Below, one piece after another: positions 19,059-29,368 of a DNA stretch of 64,000 bases (positions within the stretch are counted from its first letter, which is position 1; each line of letters begins with the position of its first letter). The notes under the pieces are model-generated. The model did no database searches and had not been told where the DNA came from. It worked only from the letters and a program-made list of their open reading frames with translations. A program made the position numbers and the translations under genes. Source of the DNA: an uncultured bacterium. Its GTDB lineage: Bacteria; Gemmatimonadota; Gemmatimonadetes; Gemmatimonadales; Gemmatimonadaceae. The stretch covers positions 1-64,000 of the forward strand of contig CAXBQP010000006.1 in assembly GCA_963978095.1 (NCBI GenBank). Reading direction: 5' to 3'.

Positions 19059-20309
19059 ATGCAACGTCGATTCTTCCTGCGGTCCGGTGCGGCCGCACTC
19101 GTGACGATGGGACTCAGCCCGTCGTTCCTGCGGCGGACCGCGTTCGGCATGGAGCTGCCCGCCGCGCAGAAGGGCAAGGTGCTCATCTGTCTGTTTCAGC
19201 GCGGTGCCGCCGACGCCTTGAACGTGGTGGTCCCGTTCGGCGACCCCAATTACTACAAGCTCCGTCCCAACATCGCGATCCCGTCTCCGCTCAACGGACG
19301 CGGGGCCGCCGGCGCGATCGACCTGGACGGCTTCTTCGGGTTTCACCCGATGCTTGCGCCGTTGCAGCCGTTGTATGCCCGGGGGATGCTCGCCCCGATT
19401 CACGCCGTCGGAAGCCCGAGCAGCACGCGCTCGCATTTTGACGCGCAGGATTACATGGAAAGCGGTACTCCCGACAACAAAGGGACCGGCGATGGCTGGC
19501 TCAACCGCTACCTCGCGACGAACGGCACCTGCGAGCAATGCGAGGCGACGCCATTCCGTGCCGTGGCCATGGTGGAGCAGACCCCGCGCATCCTGCAGGG
19601 AAACGCCTCGGCCGTCGCGATGGGGTCGTTGGATCAGTTCACCGTACGCAGCACCGGTGACGCCGTGACCCGCCTGGAGGCGCTCTACCGTACCGGAACG
19701 CCTGATGCGATTCATGGCGCCGGCGCCGAGATGTTCGACGCGGTGAAGATGCTGAAGAGCGCCAACCCCCAGCAATATCAGCCGCGGAACGGCGCGAACT
19801 ATCCCACCACGCAGTTCGGCAATCGGTTGCGGCAGGTTGCGCAGTTGATCAAGTCGAATGTGGGGCTTGAGATCGCCTTTGCCGATATCGGCGGTTGGGA
19901 TACCCATGTGAACCAGGGCAATGTGACCGGTGCGCTCGCGGGGCGGCTCGACGATTTCGCCAAGTCCATCGCCGCACTCGTCACCGACCTTGGCGACAAG
20001 ATGGACGATGTGGTGATTCTCACCATGAGCGAGTTCGGCCGCATGGCCCGTCAGAATGGCAACGGCGGCACCGATCATGGACACGCTGGCGCGATGATGG
20101 TGATCGGCGGCCAGGTGAAAGGACAGAACGTGTATGGCACGTGGCCCGGGCTCGCCCCTGAGCAGTTGTATGAGGGACGCGACTTGGCGCTCACGACCGA
20201 TTTCCGCACCGTCTTCCGCGAGATCGCCACGCGTCACCTGGGAGCGACCAAGCCCGACGCACTGTTCCCGGGATTCACCGGTGGTCACGCCCTCGGATTG
20301 CTGGGCTGA
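19059..20309 (+). CDS. DUF1501 domain protein, Tat-like signal
   Basis: RRFFL, FQRGAAD.LN.VVP, RSHFDAQD, GGWDTH, SEFGR, NG.GGTDHG. Confidence 0.92.
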   Translation: MQRRFFLRSGAAALVTMGLSPSFLRRTAFGMELPAAQKGKVLICLFQRGAADALNVVVPFGDPNYYKLRPNIAIPSPLNGRGAAGAIDLDGFFGFHPMLAPLQPLYARGMLAPIHAVGSPSSTRSHFDAQDYMESGTPDNKGTGDGWLNRYLATNGTCEQCEATPFRAVAMVEQTPRILQGNASAVAMGSLDQFTVRSTGDAVTRLEALYRTGTPDAIHGAGAEMFDAVKMLKSANPQQYQPRNGANYPTTQFGNRLRQVAQLIKSNVGLEIAFADIGGWDTHVNQGNVTGALAGRLDDFAKSIAALVTDLGDKMDDVVILTMSEFGRMARQNGNGGTDHGHAGAMMVIGGQVKGQNVYGTWPGLAPEQLYEGRDLALTTDFRTVFREIATRHLGATKPDALFPGFTGGHALGLLG

Positions 20310-20327
20310 TGTGATTATTGTTCCTGC

Positions 20328-21263
20328 GTGACCAACCCCCGACTGCTGCTGTTTGCCGCGTGTGTGCTTGCCGCGGCAACGCTTCCTGCCCAGACGGCGA
20401 CCGGCACCGCCGCGACCCGTGCACCGAATCAGAACGGCCGCGTGCCGATTCTCGAGTATCACCTCATCGGCGACAAGGACGGCACGTACAGCCGCGAGGT
20501 GAATCATTTCCGCCGCGACATCCAGCTGTTGTACGATCGGGGGTATCGTCCGATCACGGTCGCTCAGCTGATGGACAAGAAGTTCGACATTCCCGCGGGT
20601 ACCTCACCGGTGGTCTTCACCTTCGACGATGCCTCGCCGGGGCAGTTCCGCTACATCGAAAAGAATGGGCAGCTGGAGATCGACCCGAACAGCGCCGTCG
20701 GCATTTGGCTCGACTTCAACAAGAAGCACCCTGACTGGAAGAACCGCGCGACCTTCTGCCTGCTGCCGGCCGCCAAGGCGGGGCATGCGTTCTTCGGCGA
20801 GAAGGGGATCGAGGGACAGAAGTCCGAATGGCGGTTCAAGAAGGTGAAGTTCCTGGCTGATCAGGGCTTCGAGCTCTGCAACCACACGCTCTGGCATGCA
20901 CAGCTCAGCAAGTATCCGGACGCGTTCGTGCAGGAGCAGATCGCGCGTGGTGTGATGGCCATCGATTCGGCGGTGCCGGGCTACAAGGTGCGCACCATGG
21001 CCCTGCCGCAGGGGCTCTGGCCGAAGAACCGTCCGCTGGCGTGGCAGGGGAGTTGGACGGACAAGAAGAGCGGCCGCGAGATCCGTTACGCGCACGACGG
21101 CGTGCTCGAAGTGGCGGGGCCGGCGGCGCCGAGTCCTTTGACCGCGGCCTTCAACACCCACAGCCTGCCGCGGGTGCAGGTGATCGGGAACGTGATCGAG
21201 AAGACGCTCGATCGTCTCGAGGCGACGCACGAGCGCTTCGTCGTCGGCGCCGCCAAACCCTGA
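20328..21263 (+). CDS. Secreted polysaccharide deacetylase (CE4/NodB-like)
   Basis: Signal peptide, VPILEYH, VFTFDD, NHTLWH. Confidence 0.85.
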   Translation: MTNPRLLLFAACVLAAATLPAQTATGTAATRAPNQNGRVPILEYHLIGDKDGTYSREVNHFRRDIQLLYDRGYRPITVAQLMDKKFDIPAGTSPVVFTFDDASPGQFRYIEKNGQLEIDPNSAVGIWLDFNKKHPDWKNRATFCLLPAAKAGHAFFGEKGIEGQKSEWRFKKVKFLADQGFELCNHTLWHAQLSKYPDAFVQEQIARGVMAIDSAVPGYKVRTMALPQGLWPKNRPLAWQGSWTDKKSGREIRYAHDGVLEVAGPAAPSPLTAAFNTHSLPRVQVIGNVIEKTLDRLEATHERFVVGAAKP

Positions 21264-21299
21264 GTCGCGTCACCAACGCCGGTCACCGACCGGCGTCGC

Positions 21300-21893
21300 T
21301 CACATCTTCCAGTCGCGCAGGGTTTGGAGGGCGTTGCCGAGCGCGGTGCGTTGGGCGTCGTGCGTCGCGTTGGCGAGGAGCCGTTCGTAGGTGGCGATCG
21401 CGAGCTTGAGCGCCACGGGATCATTTTCGGCGCCCGCGAGTGCCGCGGCATTGTCGGCGAGATTCGCCTGCGCGAGTTGATCGTCCGGGAAGCGGGTGAC
21501 CACCTGCTGCCAGCGTTGCGTGCGCTGGCGGGGCGAGGACTCCGTGAGCGCCCAGAGGTGCCACGCGGCGCGGTTCTCGGGATCGGCGGCGAGTGCGCGC
21601 GAGGCGAGCCCTCCCACGACATCCGGACCGCGCCCGGTGAGCCAGTATGCGTTGGCGAGTGCCACGAGGACTTTGGCGTTGTTCGGTTCGCGCTCGGCGA
21701 TCACTTCATAGATCGGGCCCGCGACTTCGTGCATGTCGCGAAAGGGCTCGACCGCGATCAGGAGTTGATCGGAGGGCGCCGCCTGCGCGAGTGTGGCGAC
21801 TTGCTCCAGCAGCCGGGGGACGTCGCCGCGCTGATGATACTCCTGGACGATGGCACCGAGTGCGGCGCGGATGTCAGTGAAAGGCGAGAGCAT
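21300..21893 (-). CDS. TPR-like helical protein
   Basis: EPNNAKVLVALANAY, ALAADPENRAAW repeats. Confidence 0.7.
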   Translation of the reverse strand: MLSPFTDIRAALGAIVQEYHQRGDVPRLLEQVATLAQAAPSDQLLIAVEPFRDMHEVAGPIYEVIAEREPNNAKVLVALANAYWLTGRGPDVVGGLASRALAADPENRAAWHLWALTESSPRQRTQRWQQVVTRFPDDQLAQANLADNAAALAGAENDPVALKLAIATYERLLANATHDAQRTALGNALQTLRDWKM

Positions 21894-22273
21894 AAGCGGT
21901 GGAATCTAAACAGTCGATTCGGCGTGCGTGCACGGCGTGCATGGCGACCGGAAGGGCGTGGGTGGGTTGCGCGATTCGTGAGCGGGTGCCATACTCAATG
22001 ACGAGCGCCCTGTTGCACGTGAGGGCTGTGAGTTGTCGCTGGTCCGCGTGTGCCCTTTCCACGCAAGCCGCGACCCGAGGATGTGGCGGAGGCTGTGCCT
22101 CCGGACTGTCTCTCCTGATTGAGCATCGTTCGCGTTTCCCCCGTTGTCACCAGATTCGCGTGGCCGAGATGGCACTGCGGATCGCTCGTTCGAGTTGCGC
22201 TTTTGTTTGAGCGCCGTAGCGGCCGCTCCGCGGCCATCGTGTACCCAACCGAATCACTCGCACCACACACTGC

Positions 22274-24058
22274 ATGACAGAACCACGACGTCCCGCTCGT
22301 CGCGGCCGCCCGCCGCGTGCGCGAAAGACCGACGCCTCCCCCTCGCCGGAGATGGCTGGTGATGCGGATCCGTACCGCGACGCCAGCGAGAGTCCGGCTC
22401 CGAGCGCGCCACCGCCGGCCGCCCCTGATGTGACGTCCGACTCCGGAACGGTGAAGCCGCGCCAGCCGCGTCGTCGCGGACCTCGCGCCACCAAGGCTGG
22501 GGCCCCGGGGGGCACCTCCGAGGGGTCTTCCGGAGCGTCGGAGTCGGCGCCGGAGGTGCCACGCGTGTCCGACGCGTCACGGCCGGACGCGTTGCCGGAG
22601 CAGGCACCGCGTGGGGATCGCCTGGAGCCGCGGGTGGACGGGCAGCAGCACTTCGGGCCGCACTCCGGGCAAAATGCACAGGGGTCGTCGCAGGGACAGT
22701 CCGGAGGCTTCCACGGCGGGCCGCGCCACCAACACCACCCGCGACAGGGACAGCATCCGGGACAGGGGGGCGATCAGCAGCGTGGCGGCCGTCGCGGGCG
22801 CCGAAATCGCCGAGGTCGACACCGGAACGGAGGCGGCACGCCGCACCAGGGCGGGCATGGGCCGAATGGCAACATCGGCGCGCCGGCCGGATTCTCGTCC
22901 GGCGAGCATCGCCTCGACGGGCCGCCGCCGACGGTCTCGCCCGACGCACCGACGCTCGGCTGGTTCGATCCCTCGCGCGACGCGGGGTTCATCCGTCGCC
23001 CCGGCAACAGCTATCTCGCGGAACAGGGGGATGCCTACGTCCACCCGTTCTTCGTGAGGAAGTTCGGATTGCGGCGCGGTGACAAGTTGGCCGCCACCAC
23101 CGGTCGCGATCACCGCAACCGGTTGATGGTCACCGACATCACGGCGATCAACGATGCCGAGCCGGATCTGGAGCTGCGGCGACCGGACTTCGGTTCGCTC
23201 ACGGCGAGCTATCCGGAACGGAAACTGACCCTCGAAACGGGGCGGCCGGCCAAGGGAGGTCCGGAACTGACCCGCCGCGCGATCGACCTGATCGCCCCGA
23301 TCGGTTACGGGCAGCGTGCGCTGATCGTGGCGCCGGCCCGCGCGGGCAAGACGATGCTGCTGCAGGCGATCACCGAGGGGGTGGCGATCAATCATCCCAA
23401 CGCGGTGTTGCTGATCCTGCTCGTGGATGAGCGCCCGGAGGAAGTGAGCGAGGCGATGTCGTGGGGGGTGGGTGAGGTGGTGGCGAGCAGCTTCGATCAG
23501 CCGGCGTCGCGCCATGTGGAAGTGACGGAGATGGTGCTCGAGCGTGCACGTCGCCAAGTGGAGCTCGGCAAGGATGTGGTGATCGTGCTCGACTCGCTGA
23601 CGCGCATGGCGCGCGCCTTCAACACCGCGGAGCGCGGCACGGGCCGTACCTTGTCCGGCGGTTTGGATAGTTCGGCGATGGCGCGCCCGAAGGCGTTCTT
23701 CGGGTCGGCGCGTTCGATCTCGCCAGAGCATGGCGGTGGCTCGCTCACGATCATCGCGACGGCGCTCGTCGAGACGGGATCGCGGATGGACGACGTGATC
23801 TTCGAAGAGTTCAAGGGTACCGGCAACTGCGAGATCAAGCTCGATCGCGGGCTGGCGGAGAAGCGCATCTTTCCGGCGTTCGACATCGCGACGAGTGGGA
23901 CGCGCCGCGAAGAGAAGTTGTATGGGCAGGATCAGATCAATGCCATTTATACGCTGCGTCGTGGCTTGCAACAGATGCCGCCGACGAGCGGGATGGAGTG
24001 GCTGATCAAGCGGATCGCGGGAACGACCAGCAACGACGCCCTGTTGGCGGGGTTGTAG
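22274..24058 (+). CDS. rho: Transcription termination factor Rho with long disordered N-terminus
   Basis: GFIR..DAYV RNA-binding fold, PIGYGQRALIVAPARAGKT, DERPEEV, LDSLTR, FEEFKGTGN, SGTRREE. Confidence 0.95.
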   Translation: MTEPRRPARRGRPPRARKTDASPSPEMAGDADPYRDASESPAPSAPPPAAPDVTSDSGTVKPRQPRRRGPRATKAGAPGGTSEGSSGASESAPEVPRVSDASRPDALPEQAPRGDRLEPRVDGQQHFGPHSGQNAQGSSQGQSGGFHGGPRHQHHPRQGQHPGQGGDQQRGGRRGRRNRRGRHRNGGGTPHQGGHGPNGNIGAPAGFSSGEHRLDGPPPTVSPDAPTLGWFDPSRDAGFIRRPGNSYLAEQGDAYVHPFFVRKFGLRRGDKLAATTGRDHRNRLMVTDITAINDAEPDLELRRPDFGSLTASYPERKLTLETGRPAKGGPELTRRAIDLIAPIGYGQRALIVAPARAGKTMLLQAITEGVAINHPNAVLLILLVDERPEEVSEAMSWGVGEVVASSFDQPASRHVEVTEMVLERARRQVELGKDVVIVLDSLTRMARAFNTAERGTGRTLSGGLDSSAMARPKAFFGSARSISPEHGGGSLTIIATALVETGSRMDDVIFEEFKGTGNCEIKLDRGLAEKRIFPAFDIATSGTRREEKLYGQDQINAIYTLRRGLQQMPPTSGMEWLIKRIAGTTSNDALLAGL

Positions 24059-24081
24059 GCGAACGCCGCGGTTGCATGCAA

Positions 24082-24112
24082 AGCGGCCCCGCGCGATGTG
24101 CGCGGGGCCGCT
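24082..24112. terminator. 13-bp hairpin between convergent rho and dipeptidase genes
   Basis: AGCGGCCCCGCGC-gatgt-GCGCGGGGCCGCT. Confidence 0.65.
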
Positions 24113-24136
24113 CGGCGCGTGTGGCTGCGGCGAGGC

Positions 24137-25543
24137 CTACTTGGCGACTTCCTCGTACAGCACCGCCATGGCGCGCAACCCGCGGCGCAGATTGTCGACA
24201 CTGATCCATTCGTCCGGTGCGTGCGCGTTCTCCCCGGGCAAGCCGAATCCGACGAGCAGGACCGGTGCCTTGAGAATCCGCTCGAAGTCTCCGACCACGG
24301 GAATCGAGCCGCCTTCACCGACGATGACCGCGTCGCGCTTGAACGCGGCCTTGAGGGCGATCTGTGCGGCATCGAACAGCGGCCCGTCGAGTTCAGCGCG
24401 CCACGGTTTGCCACCGTGCAGGTGCGTGACCGTGACCTTCACGCCGGCGGGCGCGACCTTCTTGACATGCGCCTTCATGCGCTGCTCGATCTGCTTGGGA
24501 TCCTGTCCCGGGACCAGGCGGCAGCTCACCTTTGCCATCGACTTGCCGGGCAGCACGGTCTTGGCGCCCTCACCGGTGTAGCCGCTGAGCAGTCCGTTCA
24601 CTTCGCAAGTCGGACGGGTCCACAGCTTCTCGAGCGTGGTGTAGCCGGGCTCGCCGCCCAACGCCTTCACGCCGAGTTCGCGCATGAACGTGGTGTCCTT
24701 GAAGGGCAGTTGCTTCATCCCCTTCCGCACGTGGGCGGAGAAGGGCCTGATGCCGTCGTAGAACCCCTTGATGGCGACCTTTCCCTTGGCGTCGTGGAAG
24801 GTCGCGAGGATCCGTGCGAGGGCCATCCCCGGGTTCACGACGGCGCCGCCGTACATGCCGGAGTGGAGATCGCTGTTCGGTCCTTCGACGTTGATCTCGA
24901 AATACGCAAGTCCGCGGAGCGAACTGAGGATGCTCGGAATGCCCGGGGCGAACATCGCGGAATCGGAGATCACCACGCCGTCGCAGGCGAGTCGTTTCTT
25001 GTGTTGCTCGATGAATGGAGCGAGATGTTCACTCCCCACTTCTTCCTCGCCCTCGGCGAGCACGATGACGTTGCAGGGCAGCGTACCGCGCACGGCGAGA
25101 TGCGCTTCGAGCGCCTTGACGTGCACCCAGAGTTGTCCCTTGTCGTCCACGGAGCCGCGGGCAAAGAGTTTGCCGTCGCGGATCGTCGGCTCGAACGCCG
25201 GGCTTGTCCAGAGCTCCAGTGGTTCGGCGGGCTGTACGTCGTAGTGACCGTAGATGAGGAGGGTCGGCGCGCCGGCGGGCGCCTTCCGCCATTCCGCGAG
25301 CACCACCGGATGCCCCGGGGTCTCATGAACCGCACTCGTGAAACCGATGCCGCCAAGTTTGTCCGCGAGCCAGTGCGCGGCGCGGCGCGTGTCCGGCGTG
25401 TGTTCGCTGCGCGCGCTGATGCTCGGGATCCGGAGGAACTCGAACAGTTCCTCGTGGATGCGCTGGTCGTTGTCCGAGAGCCAGCGATCGAGATCGGCGG
25501 GGACGATGGGCTTCGCGGCGGTGGCGGACTTGGCGGGGCTCAT
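24137..25543 (-). CDS. M20/M25/M40 dipeptidase
   Basis: YGHYDVQP, ARGSVDDKGQ, EGEEEVGS, DLHSG, HAPDE. Confidence 0.93.
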   Translation of the reverse strand: MSPAKSATAAKPIVPADLDRWLSDNDQRIHEELFEFLRIPSISARSEHTPDTRRAAHWLADKLGGIGFTSAVHETPGHPVVLAEWRKAPAGAPTLLIYGHYDVQPAEPLELWTSPAFEPTIRDGKLFARGSVDDKGQLWVHVKALEAHLAVRGTLPCNVIVLAEGEEEVGSEHLAPFIEQHKKRLACDGVVISDSAMFAPGIPSILSSLRGLAYFEINVEGPNSDLHSGMYGGAVVNPGMALARILATFHDAKGKVAIKGFYDGIRPFSAHVRKGMKQLPFKDTTFMRELGVKALGGEPGYTTLEKLWTRPTCEVNGLLSGYTGEGAKTVLPGKSMAKVSCRLVPGQDPKQIEQRMKAHVKKVAPAGVKVTVTHLHGGKPWRAELDGPLFDAAQIALKAAFKRDAVIVGEGGSIPVVGDFERILKAPVLLVGFGLPGENAHAPDEWISVDNLRRGLRAMAVLYEEVAK

Positions 25544-25544
25544 A

Positions 25545-27122
25545 TCAATCGATCCAGGGGAAGGGTTGGGTGCGCAGGGGCCAGTCACCGGTCCACTCGC
25601 GCAGGAACCAGAGACGTTTCCGGGTCACGACGCCATCACCGCGCACGAGCGCGACCATCTCGCGTTGGTCGATGCGACGGAAGCAGCAGGCGAGCTTGCG
25701 GATCTCCTTGGGCTCGGACGGCTCGTCGTCGAGCACGAGCAGGATGGCGTCGCCGGGTTTGGCGCGATCGGTGAAGGTGGGACGCAGGTCGTAGTGATTG
25801 GGGCGGCCCATCAAGTTGAGCGAGAGGACCTGGGGCTTGTCCGCCAGATGGAAGGCGAGCTCACTCGCGTCCTGATACCGCTCTCCCGCCACGAACAAGG
25901 TGCCGATGTTGTACGCTGCGCGATCGGTGATGGCCCCGCGATTGCGGTCGACCACCGCGCTGAGCTGATCCCAGCCCCACGCCTTGGCGACCTGGTCGCG
26001 GTCGGCGCGGAGCGGGAGGATGGGCGTGATCGTATGCAGGTAGATGATGGCCGACAGCGTTCCGGCGAGGCCGAGCCCGCCGCGGAACCACCGCGTGGCG
26101 CGATCACGCATCGGCGGATCACTGGCGAGGAGTACCACCGCGGGCAGCCAGGCGATGGCGGGCCAGTTGGCCTCGACCGATTTGCGCGTGGCGCTGTAGC
26201 AGAAGAAGCAGAAGCAGACGATCGGAATCACACTCAGCACGAGGCGCACCCCGTCGGGCGTGGGGTCAAGCCCACGACGGATCGCTCGCACCATGAAGTA
26301 GAAGAGAATCGGCGAGACCAAACCGACCTGACCGCCGAGGAGTTCGAGCTCGCGGTTCAGCGCGCCAAGCGCGCCGCCCTTGGGGTCGCCGAGCCCGTGC
26401 TTGAACTGGAAGGCGAACGCGACCCAGTCGTGTTGCCAGTTCCAGTACAGCACCGGCGCGAGGACGAGGGACGCGAGGAGGACGGCCACATAGGGTCCCG
26501 GTTCGCCGTATCGATTCTGAAGGCGGGAGTGCAGCAGGCAGGCGATCGCGATCGCGATGGGAACGAACACGCTCGTGAACTTCGATGCCATCGCGCAGCC
26601 GATGAACAGCCCCGCGAGTGCCCACCACCACAGGGTCTTGGGGCGTTCGCGTTCCGACGCGTGCCCGGGAGCATCGTCCGAGTCGGCGCTGATCAAGAGT
26701 GCATGCACCACGGCCCAGATGGTCCACGCGAGCGCGCAGAGCATTGGGGCGTCCGGCGTCGCCAGAATGAACCCCGCGGCCGAGATGGGCATGACGACGA
26801 ACACGAGGACGGCGAGCCGTCCGGCAGCGTCACCCGCGATGGTGCGCGCGGTGAGCGCCAGGGCAAGGGTTGTGGCGCTGCCGGCGAGAATGGGGAAGAA
26901 GCGCACACCGAGGGGTGTGGAACCGAAGATGAGGGTTCCGCCCTTCACCAGCAGGGCGATCATCCCGGGATGATCGAAATAGCCCGGTTGCAGGCCTCGC
27001 GACCAGTCCCAGTAATAGGTCTCGTCGGGAAAGAGCGGCACTACGGCGCCGATGACGAGCCGCAGGGCGGTCGTGAGCCCGAGGATCGTGAGTGCTTGGC
27101 GCCACGCGCGGGAATCATTCAC
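25545..27122 (-). CDS. Glycosyltransferase family 39/83 (ArnT/PMT-like GT-C)
   Basis: DETYYWDW, YFDHP, TPDAP, SKFT, PVLYWN; multi-TM. Confidence 0.85.
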   Translation of the reverse strand: MNDSRAWRQALTILGLTTALRLVIGAVVPLFPDETYYWDWSRGLQPGYFDHPGMIALLVKGGTLIFGSTPLGVRFFPILAGSATTLALALTARTIAGDAAGRLAVLVFVVMPISAAGFILATPDAPMLCALAWTIWAVVHALLISADSDDAPGHASERERPKTLWWWALAGLFIGCAMASKFTSVFVPIAIAIACLLHSRLQNRYGEPGPYVAVLLASLVLAPVLYWNWQHDWVAFAFQFKHGLGDPKGGALGALNRELELLGGQVGLVSPILFYFMVRAIRRGLDPTPDGVRLVLSVIPIVCFCFFCYSATRKSVEANWPAIAWLPAVVLLASDPPMRDRATRWFRGGLGLAGTLSAIIYLHTITPILPLRADRDQVAKAWGWDQLSAVVDRNRGAITDRAAYNIGTLFVAGERYQDASELAFHLADKPQVLSLNLMGRPNHYDLRPTFTDRAKPGDAILLVLDDEPSEPKEIRKLACCFRRIDQREMVALVRGDGVVTRKRLWFLREWTGDWPLRTQPFPWID

Positions 27123-27175
27123 GCTGTTAAAGTTCTCCGAAGTACGCTGCTCCCGCCACTCTGGAGTCCGGACGG

Positions 27176-29197
27176 ATGCCGAATCGACTTGCGGGGGAGA
27201 CGAGCCCCTATCTGGTACAGCACGCCGAGAACCCCGTGGACTGGTGGCCGTGGGGCGCGGAGGCCTTGGCGGAAGCGCGGCGTCGCGACCGTCCGATTCT
27301 CCTCTCGATCGGCTACGCTGCGTGCCACTGGTGCCATGTGATGGCCCATGAGTCGTTCGAGGACGCCGAGACTGCGGCGATGATGAACACGCTGTTCGTG
27401 AACATCAAGGTCGACCGCGAGGAGCGCCCGGATCTGGACGGGATCTACATGCAGGCCGTGCAGGCCATGACCGGGCATGGCGGTTGGCCCATGACGATGT
27501 TCCTGACCCCCGCCGGAGAGCCGTTCTACGGCGGGACGTATTTCCCGCCGACCGAACGACACGGGATGCCCAGTTTTCGACGCGTGTTGGAATCGGTGGC
27601 GGACGCCTGGAACAGCCGGCGCGACGATGTCGCGCGGGCGGTGACGTCGATCGGGGAGCTCTACGCGGAGGCGCGGCCGTCCCGGTCCGACGGGACTGCG
27701 GCTCCCTGCGTGACCATCGAGACGTTGGCCAGCGCCTATCGCGATGCCGCGCGGCGGTTCGAGCCGTTGGAGGGTGGGTTCGGGGGAGCACCGAAATTCC
27801 CACCGTCGATGACGCTGGATTTCGTGCTCCGCCATTGGGCGCGCACCGGCGAGCCCAATGCCCTCCGGATGGTGCAGCACTCGTATCGCAAGATGGCGCG
27901 TGGCGGCATCCATGATCAGGTCGGCGGCGGGTTCCATCGGTACACCGTGGACGCCCACTGGCTGGTGCCGCACTTCGAGAAGATGTTGTACGACAACGCG
28001 CTGCTCTCGCGCTTGGGCGTGCATCTCTGGCAGGCGACCCGCGACCCTGTGGCCCGGGACGCCGCGCGCGACACGTTCGACTGGGTGCTCCGGGAGATGA
28101 CGGACGCCAGCGGCGGCTGGTATTCCTCTCTTGACGCCGACAGCGACGGGGAGGAAGGGAAGTTCTATCTCTGGTCCGAGTCCGAGTTGCGCACGCGACT
28201 TGGCGCGGATTTCGATGCGGTCGCCGCGTACTGGGGCGTGAGCGCCTCCGGAAACTTCGAGGGGCGCACCATCCTGAGCGTAGTGGGCGCCGCGCCCATC
28301 GTGCCGGAACCCGAGGCGGTGACGCGCGCCCGCGCGGTGCTGTACGAGGCGCGGGCCCAACGCGTCTGGCCGGGACGCGACGAGAAGATCCTGGCCGCGT
28401 GGAACGGGCTCATGTTGCGCGCGATGGCGGAGGGCGCGCGCGTGTTCGGCGAGGCGCGATACCGGGACGCGGCCGTCGCGAACGGGGAGTTCTTGTGGGC
28501 ACAGATGGTCCGCGCGGGACGGGCATGGCGCACGCACATGCGCGGCGAGACGCGGATCCCGGGGTTTCTCGAGGACACGGCGGCCGTCGCGCTCGGCGTG
28601 CTCGGGCTGTATGAACTCACCGAGGATGCCGTGTGGCTCGAGCGGGCCCGGATCATGGGTGAGGCGTGCGTGCGCGATTTCTGGAGTGAGGACGCCCACT
28701 GTTTCTACGATACCGCCCACGATCACGAGCGGCTCGTGTCACGTCCGCGCGACGTGATGGACAACGCGGTGCCATCGGGGACGTCACTCGCCGCAGAGCT
28801 GCTGCTGCGGCTTTGGAGCTACACCGGCCATGAGGCGTTCCGCGTCAAGGCGGCGCACACGCTGGACGCGCAGGGTACGGCGATGTCGCAGTACGCGCCG
28901 ATGTTCGGTCAGTGGCTGTGTGCCGCGGATCTCGCCGTGCACGGTGCGACGGAGGTGGTGATGACCGGCAGCGGGGACGCGGCCGGCGCGCAGGAGTTGC
29001 GGGCGGTGATCGCCTCGTGCTACATCCCGGGGTTGCTGCTCGCCGGTGGCGCATCGAGTGCCGGCCCGCTCTTCACCGGACGTGCGCCGGTCGACGGACG
29101 GCCGACCGTGTACATCTGCCGTGGCGGTGTCTGTGATGCGCCGACGACGGATCCCACCGCACTGGCCCGGCAGGTGCGCGCGTTGTGCGCCGGGTGA
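27176..29197 (+). CDS. Thioredoxin domain-containing protein (YyaL/SSP411, DUF255)
   Basis: [42 protein letters not shown]. Confidence 0.95.
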   Translation: MPNRLAGETSPYLVQHAENPVDWWPWGAEALAEARRRDRPILLSIGYAACHWCHVMAHESFEDAETAAMMNTLFVNIKVDREERPDLDGIYMQAVQAMTGHGGWPMTMFLTPAGEPFYGGTYFPPTERHGMPSFRRVLESVADAWNSRRDDVARAVTSIGELYAEARPSRSDGTAAPCVTIETLASAYRDAARRFEPLEGGFGGAPKFPPSMTLDFVLRHWARTGEPNALRMVQHSYRKMARGGIHDQVGGGFHRYTVDAHWLVPHFEKMLYDNALLSRLGVHLWQATRDPVARDAARDTFDWVLREMTDASGGWYSSLDADSDGEEGKFYLWSESELRTRLGADFDAVAAYWGVSASGNFEGRTILSVVGAAPIVPEPEAVTRARAVLYEARAQRVWPGRDEKILAAWNGLMLRAMAEGARVFGEARYRDAAVANGEFLWAQMVRAGRAWRTHMRGETRIPGFLEDTAAVALGVLGLYELTEDAVWLERARIMGEACVRDFWSEDAHCFYDTAHDHERLVSRPRDVMDNAVPSGTSLAAELLLRLWSYTGHEAFRVKAAHTLDAQGTAMSQYAPMFGQWLCAADLAVHGATEVVMTGSGDAAGAQELRAVIASCYIPGLLLAGGASSAGPLFTGRAPVDGRPTVYICRGGVCDAPTTDPTALARQVRALCAG

Positions 29198-29203
29198 ACG
29201 CCG

Positions 29204-29368
29204 CTACAGATCCGCGCACGATTTGTTGATGTTCTGGCAGTTCGCGCAGATCAGTTTGCATTTGCGCCAGGACAAGGCCGCGACGCCGCAGTAGTCACAG
29301 AGGACGCCGGGTTCCGGGCGGTCCTCCTGTAGGTCCCCGGAACCTGCGCCGGATGCGAGCACGCTCAT
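29204..29368 (-). CDS. 6-Cys zinc-finger-like miniprotein (54 aa)
   Basis: ATGA overlap with the cydB stop; CDYC-x9-C-x3-CANC-x6-CADL. Confidence 0.7.
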   Translation of the reverse strand: MSVLASGAGSGDLQEDRPEPGVLCDYCGVAALSWRKCKLICANCQNINKSCADL

